Source: an uncultured Eubacteriales bacterium (GTDB taxonomy: Bacteria > Bacillota > Clostridia > Oscillospirales > Acutalibacteraceae). From it: a stretch of DNA of 64,000 nucleotides. The notes below the pieces were generated by a model. The model was not told the origin of the DNA, ran no database searches, and worked only from the letters and a program-made list of their open reading frames with translations. The position numbers were made by a program, and so were the translations under genes. Shown one piece after another: positions 26,138 to 33,773 of this stretch (position 1 is the first letter of the stretch; each line of letters starts with the position of its first letter). The stretch is from the NCBI GenBank assembly GCA_948968885.1, contig CAREUR010000001.1:9026-73025 (forward strand). The letters run 5' to 3'.

Positions 26138-26296
26138 ATTATAAAACCTGATTAAGTTCTCTCTGTACCTAGTACCACAGCCATCTAGTTTCGACCCGTA
26201 TCCATGGGCCCCCAGCTCTTGGCCCTTTGTTCCAAGACCCCAGCCCTTGTGCATCGGCTCCCGGCCAAGCCTAACTAAAGCTCAACGTCAACTTCT

Positions 26297-26539
26297 CTAT
26301 TTGGACTTCAATTCTGAAATACAATTCTTGCAAACACAATGCCCCTTAAAGTCTACAATGTCCTCGCAAGAGCCACAAAAACTGCACGCAAACTGATGCT
26401 TAGTCAGCACAATATTCTCGCCATCCACATATATTTCAAGCTTGTCTCTACTATTAATATTCATAGTTTTGCGGAGTTCCATAGGCAAAACGATTCTTCC
26501 CAACTCATCGATTGAGCGCACTATACCTGTTGATTTCAT
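26297..26539 (-). CDS. abrB: AbrB/SpoVT-family transition-state regulator with Cys-rich C-terminal tail
   Basis: MKSTGIVRSIDELGRIVLPMELRKTMNI is the swapped-hairpin AbrB N-domain. The C-terminal 30 aa contain CSFCGSC...HCVCKNC. Confidence 0.9.
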   Translation of the reverse strand: MKSTGIVRSIDELGRIVLPMELRKTMNINSRDKLEIYVDGENIVLTKHQFACSFCGSCEDIVDFKGHCVCKNCISELKSK

Positions 26540-26999
26540 TTAGCACTGTCCTTTCTACAACTAATACTGTCGATTTTAATCAGTTTTATTTTTTTATTAA
26601 ATTAATAATACTATTTTCTTACAAAATTGTCAAACATATTTTTAGATGTAAATAATGGAAATTATCATAAAATAATCCAAGCCCGGAATATACTTTTTTT
26701 GTACAATAACGATGAATCGGCCGGGGATGAGTCCTAAGCTACACATCTGGCGGGTAATTAATAGCGTTATCTGGGGGATCTGTGTTGTTTTTGCCAAAGA
26801 ATCGCCGTACAAAGGACATCTGTAAAATTTCAACATTCTCAAAAATACAGAATGTTTGCATTAGTCCACTACACAAATAGACTTAATATAGGGCTCATGA
26901 ATCGCCTCCGCGTAATCTTTGTGTTCTATCCTTTAAGAGCACTAATCCCATTCTGTCACACTTTTTTCAACAGCACTTATGAAATTTGCCCGCAGCCAC

Positions 27000-27028
27000 T
27001 TGTAAGTCGTAGTTTTGCGTTATATAAT
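27000..27028 (+). promoter_or_regulatory. sigma-A-like promoter upstream of spmA (TTGTAA-17-TATAAT)
   Basis: ttgtaa at 27000-27005 and tataat at 27023-27028. The context is AT-rich, so a chance match is possible. Confidence 0.35.
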
Positions 27029-27065
27029 GTTCATAATTTAAGCTCGAAGGAGACTGCTATTTGCA

Positions 27066-27635
27066 ATGTTAAACTATATCTGGGGCGCGCTAATTCTGAT
27101 AAGCATAGTCTGCGCCGTTTTTACCGGAAACGTAAAACCGCTTTCCGACGCCATTTTAACCGGGGCCTCAGACGCCATCGGACTAGTCATCTCTATGGCC
27201 GGCATGATGAGCCTTTGGACCGGACTTCTAGAGATCGCCAACAAAGGCGGCCTCACCACGGTGCTCACTCGCCTCTTTAAGCCCGTTATCAAGCACCTGT
27301 TTAAGGAGTACCCCGAGGACAGCCCCGCCATCCACGCCATTTGCATGAACATCACGGCAAACCTTTTGGGGCTCGACAATGCCGCCACCCCGCTTGGGAT
27401 CTCTGCCATGAAGGAGATGAACAAGGCGAACAAAACCTCAACCGTCGCCAACAACAGCATGGTTATCTTCACCGTCATGAACACTGCCTCCATCCAGCTC
27501 GTGCCCACCATGATGTCCGTTCTGCGTCAAAAGTACAACTCTGCCTCTCCGTTCGACGTACTGCCCGTCATTTGGGTATCTTCCTTCATAGCACTTGCAA
27601 TCGGCGTCATTTTGGCAAAACTCTTCGAAAAATAA
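27066..27635 (+). CDS. spmA: spore maturation protein A
   Basis: 189 aa. N-terminus MLNYIWGALILISIV and the nucleoside-recognition (Gate) family, paired with spmB. Confidence 0.9.
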   Translation: MLNYIWGALILISIVCAVFTGNVKPLSDAILTGASDAIGLVISMAGMMSLWTGLLEIANKGGLTTVLTRLFKPVIKHLFKEYPEDSPAIHAICMNITANLLGLDNAATPLGISAMKEMNKANKTSTVANNSMVIFTVMNTASIQLVPTMMSVLRQKYNSASPFDVLPVIWVSSFIALAIGVILAKLFEK

Positions 27636-27659
27636 AGAAAAACAAAGTGAGGGTCTTTA

Positions 27660-28181
27660 TTGAACACGTTCAGCTTCTACATATTGCCCGGTGTCATCGG
27701 GTTTATCATCGTATTTGGACTTTTTAAAAATGTTCCACTGTTTGACACATTCATCCTAGGTGCCAAAGATGGCCTTTCTTCGGCTTTTTCCATTGCTCCC
27801 TCGCTGATCGGCTTGATCGTTGCGGTCTCCATGCTAAAAGCCTCGGGCGCTCTGGATATCATAACCTCTTTGCTAGCTCCAATCGGCAACCTGATCGCCA
27901 TTCCCAAAGAGACGATCCCCCTAATGTTGCTAAGGCCGATTTCTGGCAGCGGTGCTTTGGCGCTTGTTGACTCAATTTTTAAATCCTGCGGGCCAGATAG
28001 CTTTCCAGGCCGCGTCGCCTCCGTCATGATGGGCTCAACCGAAACTACGTTCTACGTCCTAGCTGTTTATTTTGGCGCCGTGGGCATCAAAAATACTCGC
28101 CACGCCCTTCCCGTAGCCCTCACCGCAGACTTCGCCAGCTTTATTCTCTCCGTCCTCACCGTGCGGCTGTTTTTTTCGTGA
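27660..28181 (+). CDS. spmB: spore maturation protein B
   Basis: 173 aa. The TTG start follows GTGAGGG. Gate-domain membrane protein directly after spmA. Confidence 0.9.
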   Translation: MNTFSFYILPGVIGFIIVFGLFKNVPLFDTFILGAKDGLSSAFSIAPSLIGLIVAVSMLKASGALDIITSLLAPIGNLIAIPKETIPLMLLRPISGSGALALVDSIFKSCGPDSFPGRVASVMMGSTETTFYVLAVYFGAVGIKNTRHALPVALTADFASFILSVLTVRLFFS

Positions 28182-28340
28182 GCGGCACATTTTTGTAAAC
28201 TTGTTGTAAAATAATCACATTTTTTTGTTTGTTTTTTTTTAATTAGTATCCATTTATACAAAGTTTATCTAAAAGCCTTCCAATTTATAAAATTGTGTTG
28301 TATAATGTTAATAATTCAACTTGAAAGGAGGAATAATTTT

Positions 28341-28820
28341 ATGAAAAAGAAAATTCTTTCGCTGGTACTAATTTTTGTATTATCATTGAATGTTTTTAGC
28401 CCTATTTGCAATGCAAATTATCCTGATGATGTTTCTGCACAAATAGAAGAGTTTCAGCAAAAACTTGATGAGCTAAAACAAAAGCAAAAGGATCAACAAA
28501 AAGAGTTTGAGGAAAAACAAAAAACGCAACAGCAACAACCAATACAAGTGGAGTTAAAGCAATATAACCCTTCTTTTTTTGAACGCACTAGCCGTACCTT
28601 TAAATCTGCTTTGTCTTGGTTGGCAGGTATAGGTTCTTTTACTTTAATTACTGGATACGCTAACATATTGTTTAAATCTTTTATTAGCTGGGTAGATGAT
28701 TATAAATGCCATAATTTCGAAGATTTTGTTGAAAAACTTCGCGAACATGCTAACCGAAAAACGTTTTTTGAACCTATTAAATTTACTTTAAGAAATGTTT
28801 ATTTTAAAGTGAACGCGTAA
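28341..28820 (+). CDS. AT-rich orphan: signal peptide, Gln/Lys/Glu coiled-coil, TM segment and short tail; function unknown
   Basis: ATG 28341 follows AAAGGAGG. N-terminus is MKKKILSLVLIFVLSLNVFSPICNA, followed by QQKLDELKQKQKDQQKEFEEKQKTQQQQ and the TM SALSWLAGIGSFTLITGYANILF. One hand-counted 60-nt line has 30% GC. Confidence 0.65.
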   Translation: MKKKILSLVLIFVLSLNVFSPICNANYPDDVSAQIEEFQQKLDELKQKQKDQQKEFEEKQKTQQQQPIQVELKQYNPSFFERTSRTFKSALSWLAGIGSFTLITGYANILFKSFISWVDDYKCHNFEDFVEKLREHANRKTFFEPIKFTLRNVYFKVNA

Positions 28821-28839
28821 TCACACGTATAAACAAAAA

Positions 28840-28877
28840 GAATCCGTAATTAAATTTATTACGGGTTCTTCTTTTTT
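28840..28877. terminator. bidirectional intrinsic terminator (orphan gene / thrS)
   Basis: gaatccgtaat (28840-28850) pairs with attacgggttc (28858-28868), an 11-bp stem, then ttctttttt. An A-run on the other side serves thrS. Confidence 0.6.
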
Positions 28878-30789
28878 ATATTCTTTTTTCTGCAATTTCT
28901 TTTTCTATCATTTTTATGAATTCGGCCAGTTGCATTGCGCCAAGATCCCCCTCGCTTCTCGACCTTACCGAGACTGTGTTTGTTTCGACTTCCTTATCGC
29001 CCACCACCAGCATGTAGGGAACCTTTTTCAGCTGTGCTTCCCTTATTTTGTAGCCTATCTTTTCGCTCTTTGTGTCCATCGTCGCTTTGATTTTTATCTG
29101 TTTTAGCTGCTCTTCAATTTCCAGCGCTTCTTTGTGGAATCTCTCGCTCAACGGCAGAATTCTAACTTGCTCCGGTGCCAGCCACAGTGGGAATGCTCCT
29201 GCGAAGTGCTCTGTCAAAATTCCGATAAATCGCTCTATGCTGCCTAAGATTACTCTATGTATCATGACGGGACGGTGTTTTTCGCCATCTTCGCCTACAT
29301 AAGTAAGGTCAAACCGTTCTGGCATTTGGAAGTCCAGCTGTATCGTGCCGCACTGCCATGTTCTACCTAAGCAATCCTCCAAATGAAAGTCGATCTTTGG
29401 CCCATAGAATGCCCCGTCTCCCTCGTTTATCTTATACTCTTTTCCGATGCTATCGAGCGCATTTTTTAGACCCTCTGTGGCCTTCTCCCACTGCTCATCC
29501 GTGCCCAGCGAATCCTCCGGCCGCGTGGACAGCTCTATGTGATACTTGAACCCGAATGTCGAATAAAATTTGTTGATTAGCCGGATGACGCCCACTATCT
29601 CGGACTCGATTTGATCCGGCGTCATGAAGATATGCGCGTCGTCTTGCGTGAAGCAGCGAACTCTCATCAAACCGTGCAGCGCGCCCGAAAGCTCATGCCG
29701 ATGCACCAATCCTAGCTCGGCCACTCGCATGGGTAAATCGCGGTACGAATGCGGTCTGCTTTTGTACACCAGCATTCCGCCGGGGCAATTCATCGGCTTG
29801 ATGGCGAACTCCTGCTCGTCGATGACCGTCGTGTACATGTTGCTCTTGTAGTACTCCCAGTGCCCCGACCGCAGCCACAGCTCTTTGTTCAGCATCATCG
29901 GCGTTTTTATCTCGACGTAGCCGGCCTTGTCGTGCTCCTCGTGCCAAAAGTCCAGCAGCGCGTTCCGAAGCCGCATTCCGTTTGGGAAAAAGAACGGAAA
30001 TCCCGGTCCCTCCTCAAACAGATCGAAAAGTTCTAGCTCTCTGCCGAGCTTTCTGTGATCGCGCTTTTTGGCCTCTTCCATTTTTGTCAAATAAGCCTCT
30101 AGCTCGGCCGTTTTGGGGAACGATATGCCATAAACCCGCTGCAGCATCGGACCTTTTGCATCTCCGCGCCAATACGCGCCCGTGCAACTTAGCAGCTTTA
30201 TCGCTTTTATCTGCCCAGTCGAGATTAAATGCGGCCCCGCGCACAGATCCGTGAAGTCTCCCTGCTTGCGAAACACCAAATTCTCGCCCTTGCCAGCGTG
30301 CTCCTCGATTAACTCTAGCTTGTATTTTTGGTCCTTATTTTTCATTAGCTCGATGGCGTCATCATGCGGCAACTCGAAGCGCTCCACCGGAAGATCTTCC
30401 TTTACGATCCTCTTCATCTCCGCCTCGATCTGCTCCAAGTCCTGCACGTTGAGCGTTCTTGGCAAATCAAAGTCGTAGTAAAATCCGTTGTCGATGGCCG
30501 GGCCAATTGCTAGCTTTGCGTCCGGAAAAAGCCGCAGCACCGCCTGTGCCAGCACATGCGCCGACGTATGCCAATAGACTTTCTTGCAGAAATCGTCGTC
30601 CTCGAACCTCAAAATTTCTAGTGTAGAATCCTCTTTTATCGGCGTCCGCAAGTCAACGATCTCTCCGTTCAGCTTTGCGGCACACGCTGCCTTATAAATC
30701 CCGGCACCAAGCGACTTTGCAACCTGTGCGGGGGTCACATTCTCCTCATACTGCTTTACTGCGCCATCCTTTAGCCTAATGTTTATCAT
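28876..30789 (-). CDS. thrS: threonine--tRNA ligase
   Basis: TGS domain (INIRLKDGAVKQY), editing-domain region HTSAHVLAQA, class II core and anticodon-binding domain. ATG 30789 lies 8 nt after AAGGTG; the track GTG 30798 lies inside the SD. Confidence 0.97.
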   Translation of the reverse strand: MINIRLKDGAVKQYEENVTPAQVAKSLGAGIYKAACAAKLNGEIVDLRTPIKEDSTLEILRFEDDDFCKKVYWHTSAHVLAQAVLRLFPDAKLAIGPAIDNGFYYDFDLPRTLNVQDLEQIEAEMKRIVKEDLPVERFELPHDDAIELMKNKDQKYKLELIEEHAGKGENLVFRKQGDFTDLCAGPHLISTGQIKAIKLLSCTGAYWRGDAKGPMLQRVYGISFPKTAELEAYLTKMEEAKKRDHRKLGRELELFDLFEEGPGFPFFFPNGMRLRNALLDFWHEEHDKAGYVEIKTPMMLNKELWLRSGHWEYYKSNMYTTVIDEQEFAIKPMNCPGGMLVYKSRPHSYRDLPMRVAELGLVHRHELSGALHGLMRVRCFTQDDAHIFMTPDQIESEIVGVIRLINKFYSTFGFKYHIELSTRPEDSLGTDEQWEKATEGLKNALDSIGKEYKINEGDGAFYGPKIDFHLEDCLGRTWQCGTIQLDFQMPERFDLTYVGEDGEKHRPVMIHRVILGSIERFIGILTEHFAGAFPLWLAPEQVRILPLSERFHKEALEIEEQLKQIKIKATMDTKSEKIGYKIREAQLKKVPYMLVVGDKEVETNTVSVRSRSEGDLGAMQLAEFIKMIEKEIAEKRI

Positions 30790-30855
30790 AAAACTCACAC
30801 CTTTTTTCTTTTAACGAAATTTGCTCGGCTCCCATTTTGAGCCTTTGCTTTTTCT

Positions 30856-30884
30856 ATGATACCACGATTTGTCCGCAACTTCAA
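30856..30884 (-). promoter_or_regulatory. sigma-A-like promoter for thrS (TTGAAG-17-TGgTATCAT)
   Basis: On the minus strand, TTGAAG is at 30884-30879 and TATCAT at 30861-30856, preceded by TGG. The leader is only about 60 nt. Confidence 0.4.
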
Positions 30885-31173
30885 CAGTTTATAATTTGCT
30901 TGACAGCGGCCCGTTTGAAGTAATACAATATTATTTGAGAATTTATTTGTGAATCTTCTTAATTCTCAAAAATTATAGGTGTATTTTCGATTTTTTATCG
31001 CTTTTATATATTTTTTTGTTTTGAAATAAACTTTAAAGCTTTTCTTTTTAAGGTTATTTTTGTGTTTTGGAAATTTAAAAATATAAACAAACGGCTTTAA
31101 ATCTGAATTTATCCTATAACCGAAAAACAAATTGATTCTAAATATTTTAAAAATTTTTAAGGAGGTGCCCCAT

Positions 31174-32709
31174 TTGTTAAATTTTGGACTAATTATACTC
31201 TTTGTTATAATTTCCGCTTTTATTACCGCTTTTGTTGCCTTTAAACTCGGTATTTCGCATAGAAAAAAAGTCGCTGAATCTGCCATTAGCTCGGCCGAAC
31301 TCGAGGCCAAGAAGATTTTGAGTGAGGCTATTAGTGAGGCTCAGGTAAAGAAAAACGAGATCGTTATTGAGGGCAAGGACGAGGTACATAAGCTGCGCAC
31401 CGATGCCGAGAAGGAGATTGCCGAGAAGCGCAAGGATATTCAGCGGCAGGAACGGCGGGTTTTGCAGCGCGAGGAGTCTTTGGACAAAAAAATGGACAAT
31501 TTGGACGCAAAAAGTGAGGAGCTGAACAAGCAGTCACAGTTGGTGGAGGAGCTTAAGCAGCAGCAGTTCGAGGCTTTGGAGAAAATCTCAGGGTTTACTT
31601 TGCAGCAAGCGAAAGAATATTTGCTTAAAAGTTTGGACGAAGAACTGACGCACGAAAAGTCCGTTAAAATCTTGGAATTCGAGCAGAAGGCCAAAGATGA
31701 ATCCGAAAAAAAGGCACGAGAAATTATTTCCCTCGCGATTCAGAGATGTGCATCCGACCACGTTGCAGAGGCCACCGTTAGTGTCGTACCTTTGCCAAAC
31801 GACGAAATGAAGGGTCGCATAATTGGCCGAGAGGGCCGTAACATCCGTGCTATCGAGACTTTGACCGGCGTCGATTTGATTATTGACGACACACCCGAGG
31901 CTATCACTATTTCTAGCTTTGACCCGATCCGCCGCGAAATTGCGCGGGTTGCGCTTGAAAATCTCATTACTGACGGCCGGATTCACCCTGCTAGGATTGA
32001 GGAAACTATCGATCGCGCTAAAAAAGAGGTCGACCGGAGCATCAAGGCCGAGGGCGAGCGTGCAATAATTGAGGCTGGCGTCAATTCGATTCATCCTGAG
32101 CTTATCAAGTTGCTTGGTCGGCTTCGCTACCGTACCAGCTATGGTCAAAACGTTTTAGAGCATTCTTTGGAAGTCGCTCACTTGGCCGGATCTATGGCCT
32201 CTGAGCTCGGGCTTGATCCTACTATTGCCCGGCGTGCTGGCCTTTTGCACGATATCGGTAAGGCCCTTGACCACCAAGTTGAAGGGTCTCATATTGAGAT
32301 CGGCGTTGATCTTGCTAAGAAGTACCGCGAAAGTGATGCCGTCGTTCATGCGATTCAGGCTCACCACGGCGACGTTGAGGCCAAGACTGTTATTGCTTGC
32401 CTTGTTCAGGCTGCGGATGCGATTTCTGCTGCTCGTCCCGGCGCCCGGCGCGAAAATCTTGAGAATTACATTAAGCGTCTTGAAAAGCTGGAGGAAATTG
32501 CTTCGTCCTTTAAAGGTGTCGAGCGGTGCTTTGCGATTCAAGCCGGCCGTGAGATTCGTATAATGGTCAAGCCCGATGTCATTAATGACGATCAGGCTGC
32601 TATTTTGGCTAGAGAGGTTTGCAAGAAAATTGAAAACGAACTCGATTACCCTGGTCAAGTCAAGGTTAATATAATCCGTGAAAGCCGCGTCGTTGAGTAC
32701 GCAAGATAA
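31174..32709 (+). CDS. rny: ribonuclease Y
   Basis: N-terminal TM, coiled-coil, KH domain ([15 protein letters not shown]) and HD domain ([10 protein letters not shown]...LLHDIGK). TTG 31174 lies 8 nt after AAGGAGG. Confidence 0.95.
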   Translation: MLNFGLIILFVIISAFITAFVAFKLGISHRKKVAESAISSAELEAKKILSEAISEAQVKKNEIVIEGKDEVHKLRTDAEKEIAEKRKDIQRQERRVLQREESLDKKMDNLDAKSEELNKQSQLVEELKQQQFEALEKISGFTLQQAKEYLLKSLDEELTHEKSVKILEFEQKAKDESEKKAREIISLAIQRCASDHVAEATVSVVPLPNDEMKGRIIGREGRNIRAIETLTGVDLIIDDTPEAITISSFDPIRREIARVALENLITDGRIHPARIEETIDRAKKEVDRSIKAEGERAIIEAGVNSIHPELIKLLGRLRYRTSYGQNVLEHSLEVAHLAGSMASELGLDPTIARRAGLLHDIGKALDHQVEGSHIEIGVDLAKKYRESDAVVHAIQAHHGDVEAKTVIACLVQAADAISAARPGARRENLENYIKRLEKLEEIASSFKGVERCFAIQAGREIRIMVKPDVINDDQAAILAREVCKKIENELDYPGQVKVNIIRESRVVEYAR

Positions 32710-32730
32710 TATAAATTAAGATAAAAACAG

Positions 32731-32768
32731 CCGGTATCCAATTATTCTGGTTTGGATACCGGTTTTTT
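32731..32768 (+). terminator. intrinsic terminator after rny
   Basis: ccggtatccaa (32731-32741) pairs with ttggataccgg (32752-32762), an 11-bp stem, then tttttt. Confidence 0.7.
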
Positions 32769-32783
32769 ATATTTAATTAATTT

Positions 32784-33569
32784 TTACTTTACGCAGTTAC
32801 TATCTTTAAACTTATAACCATCGATACAAATTTTATCTGCTGGGCATGTATCTTTAACATCGATACAAATTTCATCTGCTGGGCATGTATCATCGTTGTT
32901 GCCTTTTTCTTGCGCTGCCGCTGCGCCTCTAAGTCTTAAACTTTTTAATAAACAGTCCCACGCACCATTTGTTTTACTTGCGGGGCAGACATTTTCATAG
33001 AATTTATTCATTTGATCTATAATATAATAACCTGATACTGTATCTTTCGTTTCACTCAAAAGATTATTAATTTTTTCAATAACCTCTTTTACTTTTGGGT
33101 TTTTAATATTATAGCCTGATACTATGCCTTTCATTTTACTCAAAAAAATCTTAATTTCTTCAACAAGCTTTTTTACTTTAGGGTTATTACTTAAGGCTGG
33201 ATTCGTTGTCAAATAAATAACTATGTAACCCAAAAAGGCAATACATGCAGCTAAAGAAAATACTTTAACCACAGTCCAAACTTTTGACAATTTATTACCT
33301 TTTTTCTCTTCTTTTGGCGAATTTTCATTAAAATCGCAACTATAATTGTCTAAAGCTATATTAAAATCGTAATATTCTTTATTATAATTATCATCTGAAT
33401 CTAGATTAGAATCGTAATATTCTTCTTCTTCACTATAATCATCATCTGAATCTAGATTATTGTAATGTTGTTCATCCTCAGGCATAGCAGCTGCTACATT
33501 CCCGCTACCTAAAAATGTAAAATTGTATGCCATTAATACGGCAAGCGCCATTGACAAAAATTTTTTCAT
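32784..33569 (-). CDS. AT-rich orphan: signal/anchor, Asp/Glu/Tyr-rich acidic region, TM segment, duplicated 28-aa module and Cys-rich 13-aa repeats; function unknown
   Basis: ATG 33569 follows AAAGGAG. N-terminus is MKKFLSMALAVLMAYNFTFLGSG, the acidic region is DSDDDYSEEEEYYDSNLDSDDNY, and the TM is VWTVVKVFSLAACIAFLGYIVIYL. One hand-counted 60-nt line has 27% GC. Confidence 0.7.
   Translation of the reverse strand: MKKFLSMALAVLMAYNFTFLGSGNVAAAMPEDEQHYNNLDSDDDYSEEEEYYDSNLDSDDNYNKEYYDFNIALDNYSCDFNENSPKEEKKGNKLSKVWTVVKVFSLAACIAFLGYIVIYLTTNPALSNNPKVKKLVEEIKIFLSKMKGIVSGYNIKNPKVKEVIEKINNLLSETKDTVSGYYIIDQMNKFYENVCPASKTNGAWDCLLKSLRLRGAAAAQEKGNNDDTCPADEICIDVKDTCPADKICIDGYKFKDSNCVK
32820..32891 (-). 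repeat. 39-bp tandem direct repeat inside the orphan CDS (encodes DTCPAD(E/K)ICID)
   Basis: atcgatacaaattttatctgctgggcatgtatc (32820-32852) and atcgatacaaatttcatctgctgggcatgtatc (32859-32891) differ at one position. The period of 39 nt equals 13 codons. Confidence 0.85.
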
Positions 33570-33685
33570 AAAATAAAAACTCCTTTTAATAAATTTTAAT
33601 TTTTTACAACCATCCATTAATGTGCTTTTCGTACAAAAACCTTCCCTTTGCTAAACTGACCTCTCCTTTCTTTTAATTGTTTTAC

Positions 33686-33714
33686 ATTATACCATACCAA
33701 AATTATTTTGTAAA
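33686..33714 (-). promoter_or_regulatory. sigma-A-like promoter for the orphan gene (TTTACA-17-TGgTATAAT)
   Basis: On the minus strand, TTTACA is at 33714-33709 and TATAAT at 33691-33686, preceded by TGG. Confidence 0.45.
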
Positions 33715-33773
33715 CAGTTTGAAATCAATTTGTTGAATTTTGTATAATTTGTATATTGTATTCGTGTATTTTT

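Noticed and set aside
26190-26215. gggtcgaaac (minus strand) resembles a tRNA T-arm or a hammerhead core.
   Set aside because: There is no TTC T-loop, acceptor or anticodon stem, and no CUGAUGA box nearby. This is an isolated short match.
26642-26842. 66-aa minus-strand track ORF in the abrB-spmA spacer.
   Set aside because: It has no RBS and an odd composition, and it overlaps the plus-strand micro-ORF patch. I kept it only as evidence that the minus strand is open there (see the finding at 26690-26860).
30851-30870. tcgtggtatcat (minus strand) looked superficially like the GGTGGTACC core of a T-box upstream of thrS.
   Set aside because: It lacks the CCGCG 3' part and there is no stem I, specifier or antiterminator context. 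It fits better as the TGgTATCAT extended -10 of the thrS promoter.
32820-33194. Direct repeats that might have been a CRISPR-like array or a minisatellite.
   Set aside because: There are only two copies of each unit. Periods of 39 and 84 nt are multiples of three, in frame inside a CDS, and there are no spacers or cas genes. They are protein-level tandem duplications.
33719-33748. Plus-strand TTGAAA-18-TATAAT promoter-like element pointing antisense into comFC.
   Set aside because: It sits in the AT-rich promoter region of the divergently oriented orphan gene. Chance -35/-10 matches are expected there, and there is no downstream ORF or structure.
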